From NCBI GenBank assembly GCA_900549295.1, contig URNG01000001.1, positions 323 through 64,322 of the forward strand: a stretch of 64,000 nucleotides of DNA. Reading direction: 5' to 3'. Under the pieces are notes generated by a model. It saw nothing but the letters and a program-made list of their open reading frames with translations. It did not search any database and had not been told where the DNA came from. The position numbers were made by a program, and so were the translations under genes. Each line of letters starts with the position of its first letter. Within the stretch, counting starts at the first letter, position 1. Origin of the DNA: an uncultured Rhodocyclaceae bacterium. GTDB taxonomy: Bacteria > Pseudomonadota > Gammaproteobacteria > Burkholderiales > Rhodocyclaceae. Of the stretch, positions 1 through 13,716 are shown in pieces.

Positions 1-1
1 G

Positions 2-73
2 GCCGAACTCGATCATGCCCGGCTGGCCCACGTGCGCGGCAAACTGCCGGCGCTCGCCCACCGCAAACTGTGA
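2..73 (+). CDS. 3' end of an upstream CDS (…AELDHARLAHVRGKLPALAHRKL*), product unknown
   Basis: Open frame running in from the window edge to a TGA at 71-73; too short to assign. Confidence 0.3.
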   Translation, partial: AELDHARLAHVRGKLPALAHRKL

Positions 74-79
74 GACACC

Positions 80-1525
80 ATGACTGAACAGAACTTCCTG
101 CAACAAGCGCAATCCCTTTTGCTGACGCCTTTTGGCCTGAGCGAAAGCGATCTGTCGCGCACCTTCGGCAGCATCCTCGGCCATCGGGTCGATTACGCCG
201 ATCTCTATTTCCAGTATTCCCGCTCGGAAGCCTGGAGCCTGGACGAAGGTATCGTCAAATCGGGCAGCTTCAACATCGACCAGGGCGTCGGCGTGCGCGC
301 CCTGGCCGGCGAGAAGACGGCCTTTGCCTACTCGGACGACATCAGCGCGGCGGCGCTGGCCGATGCCGCCGGCGCGGTGCGCGCCATTGCCGCCGCCGGG
401 CAGACGGCGCAGGTGCCTGCCTTGCGGACGCGGACGCAGCCAGCGGGTCTTTACTTGCCGCAAGACCCTCTGGCGTCGCTTTCTGCGGATGCCAAGGTGG
501 CCTTGCTGGAGCGTCTGGAAGGCTTCGCGCGCGCCGCCGATCCGCGCGTGATGCAGGTCAATGCCGGGCTGGCGGGCGAATACGAGGTGATTCTGGTGGC
601 CGGTTCGGACGGGCGGCTGGCGGCGGACATCCGGCCACTGGTGCGTTGCTCGATTTCCGTCATCGTCGAGGAAAACGGCCAGCGCGAGCAGGGCAGCGCG
701 GGCGGCGGCGGGCGTTTCGATTTTTCCTACTTCGACGACGAGGTGTTGCGCCGCTACGCCCAGGAAGCCGTGCATCAGGCGGTGGTGAATCTCAAGGCAG
801 AACCTGCGCCCGCCGGGCAGATGACGGTGGTGCTCGGGGCCGGTTGGCCCGGCATCCTGCTGCACGAAGCCGTCGGCCACGGTCTGGAAGGCGATTTCAA
901 TCGCAAGGGCAGCTCCGCTTTCAGTGGCCGCATTGGTGAGCGGGTGGCGGCAGCGGGCGTCACCGTCATCGACGACGGCACCATCGCCCAGCGGCGCGGC
1001 TCGCTCAACATCGACGACGAGGGCAACCCCACGCAACGTACCGTGCTGATCGAGGACGGCATCCTCAAGGGCTATTTGCAGGACAGCCTGAACGCCCGCC
1101 TGATGGGCGTCGCGCCCACCGGCAACGGGCGGCGCGAATCGTTCGCCCACCTGCCCTTGCCGCGCATGACCAATACCATGATGCTGGCCGGCGCGCACGA
1201 TCCGCAGGAAATCATCGCCTCGGTGAAAAAGGGCATCTACGCCGCCAATTTTGGCGGCGGGCAGGTCGACATCACCAGCGGCAAGTTCGTTTTTTCGATG
1301 AGCGAAGCCTATCTCATCGAGAACGGCAGGATCACCCGCCCGATCAAGGGCGCGACCCTGATCGGCAACGGGCCGGACGCGCTGACCCGCGTCAGCATGA
1401 TCGGCAACGATCTCAAGCTCGATCCCGGCGTCGGCACCTGCGGCAAGGAAGGGCAGAGCGTGCCGGTGGGCGTCGGGCAGCCGACCTTGCGAATTGATGG
1501 ACTCACCGTGGGCGGAACGGCATAA
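80..1525 (+). CDS. tldD: Metalloprotease TldD
   Basis: 481-aa ORF; N-terminus and overall TldD/PmbA-family pattern (…[40 protein letters not shown]…). Confidence 0.9.
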   Translation: MTEQNFLQQAQSLLLTPFGLSESDLSRTFGSILGHRVDYADLYFQYSRSEAWSLDEGIVKSGSFNIDQGVGVRALAGEKTAFAYSDDISAAALADAAGAVRAIAAAGQTAQVPALRTRTQPAGLYLPQDPLASLSADAKVALLERLEGFARAADPRVMQVNAGLAGEYEVILVAGSDGRLAADIRPLVRCSISVIVEENGQREQGSAGGGGRFDFSYFDDEVLRRYAQEAVHQAVVNLKAEPAPAGQMTVVLGAGWPGILLHEAVGHGLEGDFNRKGSSAFSGRIGERVAAAGVTVIDDGTIAQRRGSLNIDDEGNPTQRTVLIEDGILKGYLQDSLNARLMGVAPTGNGRRESFAHLPLPRMTNTMMLAGAHDPQEIIASVKKGIYAANFGGGQVDITSGKFVFSMSEAYLIENGRITRPIKGATLIGNGPDALTRVSMIGNDLKLDPGVGTCGKEGQSVPVGVGQPTLRIDGLTVGGTA

Positions 1526-1556
1526 TTCCGGCCTGTCATTATCTGGAGACAAAGAC

Positions 1557-2186
1557 ATGCGTTTCTCCCCGCTGCTGGCGGCTTGCCTGTTGAGCGCGCT
1601 GACGACACTTCCCGTTCTGGCGCAAACGCCCGCCCACGAACGCATGAAAGCCTTGCAGGCCGATCCCGCCGCGCTGCAGAACGCCATTGCAGCGGGCAAG
1701 AAGGCCAGTTTTTTCTGCGCCAATTGCCACGGCGAGAATGGCATCGCGAAAACTACCGATGTGCCCAATCTCGCCGGGCAGCACCCTTCCTATCTGCTGG
1801 AACAGATTCGCAAATTCGGTGCGGGCGAGCGCAAGGATCAGTTCATGCAAGGCTTGATCAAGGTTTTGAACGACGAAGAGCGCGCCCAGATCACCCTGTA
1901 TTACGCCAGTGTCAAGGTTCCGCCAGCCAAGGCTGATCCGGAACATACCAAGCAGGGCAAGATCTTGTTCGAGAAACTGTGTGCCCGCTGCCACGGCGCA
2001 GGCGCTCGCGGCACCGAAATTTATCCGCGCCTGGCCGGCCAGCAGCAGCCTTACCTGCAGAAATCCATCACCCATTACCGCGATGGCACCGGCGTGCGCA
2101 ACAATCCCTTGATGGCAATTTCCACTGCGGGCCTGAAGAACGAAGACATCCTCGCCCTGTCGCACTTCCTTGCGCAATTGCCCTGA
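1557..2186 (+). CDS. Dihaem cytochrome c4 (periplasmic)
   Basis: Signal peptide MRFSPLLAACLLSALTTLPVLA and two CxxCH motifs (CANCHG, CARCHG). ATG at 1557 is preceded by GGAGAC; the track ORF start at 1494 is an in-frame upstream extension. Confidence 0.85.
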   Translation: MRFSPLLAACLLSALTTLPVLAQTPAHERMKALQADPAALQNAIAAGKKASFFCANCHGENGIAKTTDVPNLAGQHPSYLLEQIRKFGAGERKDQFMQGLIKVLNDEERAQITLYYASVKVPPAKADPEHTKQGKILFEKLCARCHGAGARGTEIYPRLAGQQQPYLQKSITHYRDGTGVRNNPLMAISTAGLKNEDILALSHFLAQLP

Positions 2187-2243
2187 ATCGGGCGTTTCTT
2201 CCGGTAGAATCGGTCGTTTCGACGATTTTGCTGGAAGAAAGCC

Positions 2244-3329
2244 ATGAGTACGCGCGCAACGGACAAGCCGGTTACCGACGATGTCAGGATCAGGGAGATC
2301 AAGGAGTTGGTGCCGCCGGCACTGATCAACAAGGAATATCCGGTATCGACGCGTGCCGCGACCACCACTTTCCAGGCGCGGCAGGCCATCCACCGCATCC
2401 TGCACGGCGCAGACGACCGCCTGCTGGTGGTGATCGGGCCCTGTTCCATCCACAATTACGAACTGGCGATGGATTACGCGGCGCAACTGGCCAGGGAAGC
2501 GAAAAAGTATCAGGACGATCTGGTGGTGGTGATGCGCGTCTATTTCGAGAAACCGCGCACCACGGTGGGTTGGAAGGGGCTGATCAACGACCCGCGCCTG
2601 GACAACACTTTCCGCATCAACGAAGGTTTGCGTCTGGCGCGGCGGATTCTCCTGGAAATCAATGAGATGGGCGTGCCTTGCGCCACCGAATTCCTCGACA
2701 CCATCACCCCGCAATACACCGCCGACCTGATCGCCTGGGGCGCGATCGGCGCGCGTACCACGGAATCGCAGGTGCACCGCGAACTGGCTTCCGGGCTGTC
2801 CTGCCCGGTCGGCTTCAAGAACGGCACCGACGGCAACATGCGCATTGCAGTGGATGCCATCCGCTCCGCCAGTTCGCCGCATCATTTCCTGTCGGTGACC
2901 AAGACTGGCCACACCGCTATCGTGTCCACGCAGGGCAACGAGGATTGCCACGTCATCCTGCGCGGCGGCAAGGAACCCAATTACGACGCGGCCAGCGTGG
3001 AAGCGGCCAGCCAGGAAATCGCCAAGGCCGGTCTGGCGGCGCGCCTGATGGTCGATTTCTCGCACGGCAACAGCCGCAAGCAGTACGCCCTGCAGATGGA
3101 AGTGTGCGACAGCGTCGCGGCGCAACTGGCGGCGGGTGAGGAGCGCATCATGGGCGTGATGGTCGAGTCGCATCTGTGCGAAGGCCGTCAGGATCTGACG
3201 CCGGGGCAGGAACTGACTTACGGGCAGAGCATCACCGACGCCTGCATCGGCTGGGAAGACAGTCTGGCGGTGCTGGAACGCCTCGCCGCCGCGGTGCGCG
3301 CCCGGCGTCTGATCGAGGCCGAGGACTGA
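2244..3329 (+). CDS. 3-deoxy-7-phosphoheptulonate (DAHP) synthase, class I
   Basis: 361 aa; strong AroG/AroF-type similarity (…LLVVIGPCSIHNYELAMDYAAQLAR…KPRTTVGWKGLINDP…). Confidence 0.9.
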   Translation: MSTRATDKPVTDDVRIREIKELVPPALINKEYPVSTRAATTTFQARQAIHRILHGADDRLLVVIGPCSIHNYELAMDYAAQLAREAKKYQDDLVVVMRVYFEKPRTTVGWKGLINDPRLDNTFRINEGLRLARRILLEINEMGVPCATEFLDTITPQYTADLIAWGAIGARTTESQVHRELASGLSCPVGFKNGTDGNMRIAVDAIRSASSPHHFLSVTKTGHTAIVSTQGNEDCHVILRGGKEPNYDAASVEAASQEIAKAGLAARLMVDFSHGNSRKQYALQMEVCDSVAAQLAAGEERIMGVMVESHLCEGRQDLTPGQELTYGQSITDACIGWEDSLAVLERLAAAVRARRLIEAED

Positions 3330-3371
3330 AAAAATCCGCCGTCCGCCAAGCGTGGCGGCGGTAGGCTTAGG

Positions 3372-4526
3372 TCACAAATCGAGAAAAGCGCCGACCGCTT
3401 CGCCCTGCGCCAGCGTGTCGGCGTAGCCAAGATCGATCAGGCGGCGCGTGAAACTCTTCTCGAACAGCAGATAGCTCGTCAGCGCGCCGCCCTGGCGGTT
3501 CATCGCGCCCAGGCCGCCGAGGAGCTTGCGGATCGTCCACGGCAGGCTGCCGGCGTGTTCAGCGGCGATCCGGTCGATGCTTTCCGAGGGTGAAATCACC
3601 AGGGTTTCGATCGGGCGCAGGCTGATGCCGCCTTGCTGGCGCAGATTTTCCGGAATGGCGGCGAGGGTGCGGTTGACCCGCTGGATGCGCTCGATATCCA
3701 CCGACAAGCCATCGAGAAAAATGCTCGACAGCGCGTGGCCGGCGATCTGCGCCAGGCTGGGGTAGCTGCCTTCGCCGCCCTCGCCGCGCCGGCGCTGCTC
3801 GCTGGCGCGCGTAGCGCCGATGACCAGCAGGCGGTCCGCCCCGAGGTGAATGGCCGGGGCGAGCGGGGCGAATTGGCGCATGGAGCCATCGCCGAAGTAT
3901 TCGCGGTGGATGCGTACGGCCGGAAAAATGAAGGGAATGGCGCTGGAAGCCAGCAGATGCTCGATGCCCAGCTTGGTGTGCAGGCCGTGGCGCTGGCTGC
4001 GCTGCCAGGGCATGACTTCGGGCGGCGCCTGGAAGAAATTGATGCTTTCCCCGGAGTCGTAGCCGGAGGCGGTGATGTTAATCGCCCGCAGGGCGCCGGA
4101 GTGGATCGCGCGCTCGATGCCGGAAAAATCGACGTGGCGTTTGAGCAAGGTGGCGAGCGGCGCGTTGTCGAGCAGCGAGCGTGGCGCCGCCCGCCCGGTC
4201 AGCCAGCCGGCGGCCAGCGTTGCCAGCCAGCGCGCGCCGGCGGTGGCGACTCCGGCGCTGTCGACGCGGTAGATGTCGGCGGTGCGCATGTGCCGCCAGA
4301 AATTGTTGAGGCTGCCCACCGCCTGCCGGAAATTTTCCGCCTGACAGGCCAGCCCGACGGCGTTGATGGCTCCGGCCGAAGTGCCGCAGATGATGGGAAA
4401 GGGGTTGCGCCGGGGCTTGCCGGCGAGGCGGTTGATGGCAAGCAGCGCCCCGATCTGGTAAGCCGCCCGTGCGCCGCCGCCGGTGAGCACCAAGGCGCGT
4501 GAGCAGCAGGCGCTGGCTGCGCGCAT
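3372..4526 (-). CDS. Patatin-like phospholipase
   Basis: GGGARAAYQIG and GTSAG patatin motifs. Start placed at the ATG on 4524-4526, which forms an ATGA overlap with the queD stop; the 130-codon Pro/Arg-rich extension in the track ORF is judged spurious. Confidence 0.75.
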   Translation of the reverse strand: MRAASACCSRALVLTGGGARAAYQIGALLAINRLAGKPRRNPFPIICGTSAGAINAVGLACQAENFRQAVGSLNNFWRHMRTADIYRVDSAGVATAGARWLATLAAGWLTGRAAPRSLLDNAPLATLLKRHVDFSGIERAIHSGALRAINITASGYDSGESINFFQAPPEVMPWQRSQRHGLHTKLGIEHLLASSAIPFIFPAVRIHREYFGDGSMRQFAPLAPAIHLGADRLLVIGATRASEQRRRGEGGEGSYPSLAQIAGHALSSIFLDGLSVDIERIQRVNRTLAAIPENLRQQGGISLRPIETLVISPSESIDRIAAEHAGSLPWTIRKLLGGLGAMNRQGGALTSYLLFEKSFTRRLIDLGYADTLAQGEAVGAFLDL

Positions 4527-4978
4527 CAGGTATCCGGCGGACGCGTCGCGTCGGCCCAGCAATTCGGGGTTTCGTAGAGGCGCACTTGCTGCAGGCGCAG
4601 GTGATTGCCGTAGCGGTCCTGATACACCGGGTCGAGCAGGGAGAAGGCGCGGCGGGCCAGATTCTCGGCAGTCGGAATGCAGTCCAGCAGCACGGTCTTG
4701 TGGCCGGGCAGGGTGGCGAGAAAATCCACCACGGCCCGATCGCCGGCATACACCAGAAAGGCGTGATCCCAGAGATCGACGACGTGCGCCTTGGCCAGCG
4801 CCTTGACTTCGGAAAAATCCATCACCATGCCGTTGGCGGGGTCGCCCGAGCGTTCGATCACGCTGCCGGACAGGGTGATTTCGATGGCATAGCGGTGGCC
4901 GTGCAGGTGGCGGCACTGGCTTTTGTGGTCGGGGATGCGGTGGCCGGCATCGAATTCCAGGCGGCGGGTAATCAACAT
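4526..4978 (-). CDS. queD: 6-carboxy-5,6,7,8-tetrahydropterin synthase
   Basis: 6-pyruvoyl-tetrahydropterin synthase family (…RLEFDAGHRIPDHKSQCRHLHGHRY…). Start at the ATG 4976-4978. Confidence 0.85.
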   Translation of the reverse strand: MLITRRLEFDAGHRIPDHKSQCRHLHGHRYAIEITLSGSVIERSGDPANGMVMDFSEVKALAKAHVVDLWDHAFLVYAGDRAVVDFLATLPGHKTVLLDCIPTAENLARRAFSLLDPVYQDRYGNHLRLQQVRLYETPNCWADATRPPDT

Positions 4979-5024
4979 GAGCGCAACGGTTCGCGGGAGT
5001 GGCCGGGGATTATACAATGTGCGC

Positions 5025-5849
5025 ATGTTGCAGATCGATGACCACAACCGCTTCAGCGCCGGTTTTACCTACGTCTATCCCGTGCTCTCGCGCCGCGCCG
5101 GGGGCGTGTCCCTGGGGATCAATCTGAATCCCAACAATGCCTGCAACTGGGCCTGCCTGTATTGTCAGGTGGAGAACCTGCAACGCGGCGGGCCGCCGCC
5201 GATTGATCTGGCGCAACTGAACTCGGAACTGGAAAGCCTGCTCGATGCGCTGCAGGCGGGCGCGTTTACCGTAGCGCCGGGAGCCAGGGCGGCGCTCGTC
5301 GATATTGCCTTTTCTGGTAACGGCGAGTCGACTGCGGCAGCGGAGTTTCCGGCAGCGGTAGAGGCGGTGTGCGCCGTGATGCAGCAGCGGAATTTGCATG
5401 TGCAGCTGCGCCTGATTACCAACGGCAGCTTTCTGCATCGCCCGGGCGTGCAGGAAGGCATCCGGCGGATTGCCGCGCAAGGCGGCGAAGTGTGGTTCAA
5501 GTTCGATCGCGGCAGCAGCGATGAAATCGCCGTGGTCAACAGCATTGCCTGGCCGCTGGCGCGCGCGCTGGCGCATCTGGCGCGTTGCGCGGAACTCGCG
5601 CCGACCTGGGTGCAGACCTGCTGGTTCCGCCTGGATGGGACGCTGCCTTCAGAGGCGAGTCTGGCTGCCTATTGCGCGGCTCTGAAACCCCTGGCCGACA
5701 GCTTGCAGGGCGTGCATCTGTATGGTCTGGCGCGCCCGTCGCAGCAAACCGCCGCGCCGCGCCTGAGCGCGCTGACGCCTGACGAATTGAATGCGGTCGC
5801 GGTCGTCGTCCACAAAGAAACGGGGCTCAAGGTGATCGTCTCACCCTGA
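5025..5849 (+). CDS. Radical SAM protein (CX3CX2C: CNWACLYC), function unassigned; possibly queuosine-related from context
   Basis: 274 aa; CxxxCxxC cluster followed by an FSGNGEST glycine-rich motif. Divergent from queD across a 46-bp intergenic region. Does not resemble the canonical QueE sequences I recall. Confidence 0.7.
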   Translation: MLQIDDHNRFSAGFTYVYPVLSRRAGGVSLGINLNPNNACNWACLYCQVENLQRGGPPPIDLAQLNSELESLLDALQAGAFTVAPGARAALVDIAFSGNGESTAAAEFPAAVEAVCAVMQQRNLHVQLRLITNGSFLHRPGVQEGIRRIAAQGGEVWFKFDRGSSDEIAVVNSIAWPLARALAHLARCAELAPTWVQTCWFRLDGTLPSEASLAAYCAALKPLADSLQGVHLYGLARPSQQTAAPRLSALTPDELNAVAVVVHKETGLKVIVSP

Positions 5850-5874
5850 GCCCCGCCGTCGGGGGTCCGGCAAA

Positions 5875-6180
5875 TCAGGCGGCTTTCTTGGTGCGGCTGC
5901 GAGCGGCTTTCTTCAGCGTCTTGAACAGTTCCGGTTCCTGCGTGCGCAGGTACTCGGCAACTTCCCAGTCTTCCTGCTTGATGCTCTTGGTGTCGATCTG
6001 CTCGACGTGCACCAGACGCAGCAATTCGCGCACCGGCTTCGGCATGTTGCGGCCGCTTTCATAGCGGGAACCGCCGCTCTGGGTGACGCCCAGAGCCGAC
6101 CAGAACTGCTGCTGGTTCAGGCCAAGCTTGCGACGGATTTCACGCGGGTCGATTTTTTCGATGATTTTGGTAGATGCCAT
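5875..6180 (-). CDS. XRE-family HTH transcriptional regulator (YiaG-like)
   Basis: 101 aa; HTH segment LGLNQQQFWSALGVTQSGGSRYESGRNMPKPVRELLRLV similar to E. coli YiaG. Lysine-rich C-terminus. Confidence 0.7.
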   Translation of the reverse strand: MASTKIIEKIDPREIRRKLGLNQQQFWSALGVTQSGGSRYESGRNMPKPVRELLRLVHVEQIDTKSIKQEDWEVAEYLRTQEPELFKTLKKAARSRTKKAA

Positions 6181-6230
6181 GGTTTTCTCCTATGCAAGGA
6201 AGTTAGATATAGATATTTGTGCTTTTCAGC

Positions 6231-6293
6231 TATGACTAAAGTCATATATCGAATTGTAGAGCGACATATGACGAAGTGCAATTGATCTATGAC
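6231..6293. promoter_or_regulatory. AT-rich operator array: perfect palindrome TATGACT-AA-AGTCATA (6231-6246) plus two further TATGAC half-sites (6267-6272, 6288-6293)
   Basis: Read directly from sequence. Lies in the promoter region of the divergent XRE regulator; local GC ~35% against ~65% for the window. Confidence 0.45.
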
Positions 6294-6422
6294 AAATTTT
6301 GTATGGCGGATATGTAACCAGGCGTGACGTCGCACGGCAGAAAAATCGCCCGGACCATGCGGAAGCTGTCTTGTGGCTTGTGCTATCATCCGCCGCGTTT
6401 TTGATCCGCCGAAACAGCGCAA

Positions 6423-6510
6423 GGAAGCTTGGCAGAGTGGTCGATTGCACCGGTCTTGAAAACCGGCAACCCGCAAGGGTTCCAGGGTTCGAATCCCTGA
6501 GCTTCCGCCA
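6423..6510 (+). tRNA. tRNA-Ser (anticodon UGA)
   Basis: Cloverleaf folded by hand: acceptor GGAAGCT/AGCTTCC, anticodon stem CCGGT/ACCGG with loop CTTGAAA (TGA), long variable arm AACCC-GCAA-GGGTT, T-arm CAGGG-TTCGAAT-CCCTG, discriminator G + CCA. Confidence 0.9.
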
Positions 6511-6545
6511 GCGATTTGTGCACGAACCTGCCCTCGGACGCTTCC

Positions 6546-7445
6546 ATGAATCGATTGCGCCAGCCCCGGACCATTGCCCTGGTGGGCAAATACCACAGCC
6601 CCGAAATTGCGGAATCCCTGTCGCGTCTTGCGCAATACCTGCATGAGCGCGGCGTGTCGGTGTTCATCGAGCGGGAAACAGCAGGGCATATCGGCAAATT
6701 GGTCGATCTGACGCGCTGGGTGACCTGCGGGTTCAACGATATCGGCGCGCATGCCGACGTGGCCATTGTGCTGGGCGGCGATGGCACGATGCTGAATGCG
6801 GCGCGGCGTCTGGCGCGTTACTGCGTGCCGCTGGTGGGGGTGAACCAGGGGCGGCTGGGTTTCATGACGGACATTGCCCGCGACGATATGCTCACCTGCA
6901 TGGACGATCTGCTCGATGGCAATTTCCAGCCGGAAAGCCGCATGCTGCTGGCGGCCGAAGTGATGCGTGCGGGCCGCGAAATCGCCACCAATCTGGCCTT
7001 GAACGACGTGGTCATCGACAAAGGGGCGATTGGCCGCCTGATCGAGTTCGAGTTGTTCATCGACGGTGAGTTCATCTACAACCTGCGCTCGGACGGCCTC
7101 ATCGTGTCCACGCCGACCGGTTCCACGGCCTATGCCTTGTCGGCCGGCGGGCCGATTCTGCACCCGACGCTGACGGGCATCGCCCTGGTGCCCCTGTATC
7201 CGCATGCGCTGACTTATCGTCCGGTGACGGTCAATGACACGGTGGAGATCGAACTGCGCATCACGCATGCCGACGATCCGCGTGTACACTTCGACGGTCA
7301 GGTCACGCTCGATTTGCAGGAGGGCGACAGCGTGCGCATCCATCGTTCGGATCACGCGATCAGTTTTCTGCATCCGCCGGGCTACAGTTATTTCTCCATG
7401 CTGCGGCAGAAGCTGCAGTGGAGCGAGCGGCCCAAGGGTAATTAA
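6546..7445 (+). CDS. nadK: NAD+ kinase
   Basis: GGDGT motif and NadK/PpnK family similarity. Start ATG at 6546 (MNRLRQ…). Conserved nadK-recN pairing. Confidence 0.9.
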   Translation: MNRLRQPRTIALVGKYHSPEIAESLSRLAQYLHERGVSVFIERETAGHIGKLVDLTRWVTCGFNDIGAHADVAIVLGGDGTMLNAARRLARYCVPLVGVNQGRLGFMTDIARDDMLTCMDDLLDGNFQPESRMLLAAEVMRAGREIATNLALNDVVIDKGAIGRLIEFELFIDGEFIYNLRSDGLIVSTPTGSTAYALSAGGPILHPTLTGIALVPLYPHALTYRPVTVNDTVEIELRITHADDPRVHFDGQVTLDLQEGDSVRIHRSDHAISFLHPPGYSYFSMLRQKLQWSERPKGN

Positions 7446-7493
7446 AAGGCAACCCAGAGCGGCCAACGCAAGGGCAAGCGAAAAAGGAAAACG

Positions 7494-9143
7494 ATGCTGC
7501 GTCAACTATCTCTGCGTGATTTCGTCATTGTCGATCGGCTGGAACTGGAGTTTTCTGCCGGTTTTTCGGCGCTGACCGGGGAAACCGGGGCGGGGAAATC
7601 GATTCTGATCGATGCCCTGGCGCTGGCCCTGGGCGAGCGCGGCGATGCCGGCGTGGTGCGCTCGGGTTGCGACAAGGCCGAAATCGTGGCGCTGTTCGAT
7701 ATTGACGGCCTGCCGGGAATCGCGGACTGGCTGCGGAAAAACGATCTCGATGCGGATGCCGATCTCGTGCTGCGCCGGGTGGTCGATGCCAATGGCCGCT
7801 CGCGCGCCTGGATCAACGGCACGCCCGCCACGGTGCAGCAATTGCGCGAAGCGGGCGAATATCTGGTCGACATTCATGGTCAGCATGCGCACCAATCCCT
7901 GCTGCGCCACGACGCGCAGCGCCAGTTGCTCGACACCCATGCCGGTCTGGACGGCCAGGTCAAGGCCGTGAGCGAAGCCTGGCGTATCTGGCGGGCGGCC
8001 GAAAACGCTTGGCGCGAAGCGAGCGGTGACGCGGAGCGCCTCACGCGTGAGCGCGAGGATTTGAGTTGGCAGGTGCAGGAACTGGAACGACTGGCCCTGG
8101 GCGAGGATGAATGGGCCGCGCTCGATGTCGAGCACCGCCGTCTGGCCCACGCGGCGGGTTTGATCGAAGGCGCGCAATTCGCCCTGGCGGCACTCTCGGA
8201 AGGCGATGCGGCCTGCCAGGGAACGATCGATCAGGTTGCGGGCCGTCTTGCCGGTCTGGCCGAATATGACCCGGCGCTGGCCGAGGTGGCAGCAGTGCTG
8301 ACGTCCATCCAGGCTGAATTGAGCGATGCCGTTTCATCGCTGCGCCGCTACGCGGACCGGGCGGATCTCGACCCGGCGCGCCTGAGCGAAGTCGAGGCGC
8401 GGCTGGAGGCCGTGCTGGCCCAGGCGCGGCGTTTTCGTGTGGCACCGGAAGCCTTGCCGGAATTATTGCAGGCTGCCCGCGTGCGGCTGGAAGCCTTGAA
8501 TGCCGCAAGCGATCTCGGCGCGCTGGAACAGCGCATGCAGGCGGCGGAAGCCGAATTCCGGGCGCTGGCTGTCCGCTTGAGCGCGGCGCGCAAAGCGGCT
8601 GCAGAAACCATGAGTGCCGCGGTGAGCGCCAGCATGGCGCAATTGGCCTTGGGCAGCGGGCGTTTCGAGGTGGCACTGGTGCCCCAGTCCGCCGGAGCGA
8701 TCTACGGCCTGGAACAGGTGGAATTCCGTATCGGCGGCTTGTCCGGCCAGGAAGCGCGGCCGCTGGCGAAAGTGGCTTCCGGCGGCGAATTGTCGCGCAT
8801 CAGTCTGGCGATCCAGGTGCTCACCTCGCGCTCGGCGGCGGTGCCGACGCTCGTTTTCGATGAAGTCGATGTAGGGATCGGCGGCGGCGTCGCCGAGATC
8901 GTCGGGCGCCTGCTGCATGAGCTTGGCCGGGAACGCCAGGTGTTGTGCGTGACGCACCTGGCGCAGGTTGCCGCGCGTGCCGATACGCAATGGCGCGTGG
9001 CAAAAACGACGCGTGAGGGTCAGGTGCTATCGTCGATCCAGTATCTGGACAACGATGAGCGTATCCAGGAAATCGCCCGGATGCTGGGCGGTGTGGAACT
9101 GACGGAAATCACGCTGCAGCACGCGCGGGAAATGCTGGGGTAG
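7494..9143 (+). CDS. recN: DNA repair protein RecN
   Basis: 549 aa; Walker A GETGAGKS, SMC-like coiled-coil, C-terminal signature. Confidence 0.9.
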   Translation: MLRQLSLRDFVIVDRLELEFSAGFSALTGETGAGKSILIDALALALGERGDAGVVRSGCDKAEIVALFDIDGLPGIADWLRKNDLDADADLVLRRVVDANGRSRAWINGTPATVQQLREAGEYLVDIHGQHAHQSLLRHDAQRQLLDTHAGLDGQVKAVSEAWRIWRAAENAWREASGDAERLTREREDLSWQVQELERLALGEDEWAALDVEHRRLAHAAGLIEGAQFALAALSEGDAACQGTIDQVAGRLAGLAEYDPALAEVAAVLTSIQAELSDAVSSLRRYADRADLDPARLSEVEARLEAVLAQARRFRVAPEALPELLQAARVRLEALNAASDLGALEQRMQAAEAEFRALAVRLSAARKAAAETMSAAVSASMAQLALGSGRFEVALVPQSAGAIYGLEQVEFRIGGLSGQEARPLAKVASGGELSRISLAIQVLTSRSAAVPTLVFDEVDVGIGGGVAEIVGRLLHELGRERQVLCVTHLAQVAARADTQWRVAKTTREGQVLSSIQYLDNDERIQEIARMLGGVELTEITLQHAREMLG

Positions 9144-9171
9144 GGCCTGGGGCGAGGTGCGTGTAACGTGT

Positions 9172-9200
9172 GAAAGGTGCTTACATTCCACCTTTCATTT
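9172..9200. terminator. Convergent intrinsic terminator (GAAAGGTG-loop-CACCTTTC, then ATTT) shared by recN(+) and fur(-)
   Basis: 8-bp perfect stem seen in sequence. The 3' arm overlaps the fur stop codon. Confidence 0.5.
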
Positions 9201-9626
9201 GTCACCTTTCGCGCCGTTCTGGCATTCCCGGCATTGGCCATAGAGATAGAGGGCGTGATCCTGGATTTTGAAGCCGTTTTCCAGGGCGACTTTATCCTGG
9301 CGTTTTTCGATTTCCGGGTCGTAGAATTCGGCGACCTTGCCGCACTGGACACAGACCAAGTGGTCGTGATGCTTGCCGTGGTTGATTTCGAACACGGCCT
9401 TGCCGGATTCGAAAAAATGCCGCTCGAGCAAACCGGCCTGCTCGAACTGGGTGAGGACGCGGTACACGGTGGCCAAGCCGATATCCATGTTGTCGGCGAG
9501 AAGGAGGCGGTAGACGTCTTCTGCCGTCATGTGGCGCAAATCGCTCTTCTCGAACAGTTCGAGAATCTTCAGGCGGGGGAAGGTGGCCTTGAGGCCGATG
9601 TCCTTGAGGCTCTGCGGATTGCTCAT
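9195..9626 (-). CDS. fur: Ferric uptake regulator Fur
   Basis: 143 aa; HHDHLVC…C metal-binding motifs and Fur family N-terminal winged helix. Confidence 0.9.
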   Translation of the reverse strand: MSNPQSLKDIGLKATFPRLKILELFEKSDLRHMTAEDVYRLLLADNMDIGLATVYRVLTQFEQAGLLERHFFESGKAVFEINHGKHHDHLVCVQCGKVAEFYDPEIEKRQDKVALENGFKIQDHALYLYGQCRECQNGAKGDK

Positions 9627-9727
9627 GGTGGGTTTCCTGTTGTTGTGTGTTATCGGTGCCGCTTGCGGGCGGGTTCGGGTATGATATACCGCTTCTTGGC
9701 TGCCACGAAATTATCCCGGAATCTTTC

Positions 9728-11055
<1,328 letters not shown>

Positions 11056-11096
11056 TCGCGGCGCGCTGATTTTTTGTCGATAATTCCGCGTCAGTC

Positions 11097-13628
<2,532 letters not shown>

Positions 13629-13641
13629 CAGCGGCCTGAAT

Positions 13642-13671
13642 TTGCCTGTAAAAGCCCTTCTCGGCTAGAAT
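13642..13671 (+). promoter_or_regulatory. Candidate sigma70 promoter TTGCCT-18-TAGAAT upstream of carA
   Basis: Sequence match only. Confidence 0.3.
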
Positions 13672-13691
13672 ACGCCAGTTAAGCGCACCGC

Positions 13692-13716
13692 GGAGGGATG
13701 AAAATCCCTCCTTTTT
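13692..13716 (+). terminator. Intrinsic terminator-like hairpin GGAGGGAT-GAAA-ATCCCTCC + TTTTT. Either the histidine-kinase terminator or a carA leader attenuator.
   Basis: Perfect 8-bp stem, GNRA-like loop and a 5-T run, seen directly. Sits 36 nt upstream of the carA GTG. Confidence 0.5.

Noticed and set aside
3372-4916. 514-aa long form of the patatin ORF
   Set aside because: The first 130 codons are Pro/Arg-rich, overlap queD entirely in another frame, and the internal ATG forms a classic ATGA coupling with the queD stop.
9627-9727. Fur autoregulatory box in the fur-bamE spacer
   Set aside because: Only a weak 5-3-5 dyad (GGTAT-GAT-ATACC) with poor Fur-box match. Not convincing without a PWM scan.
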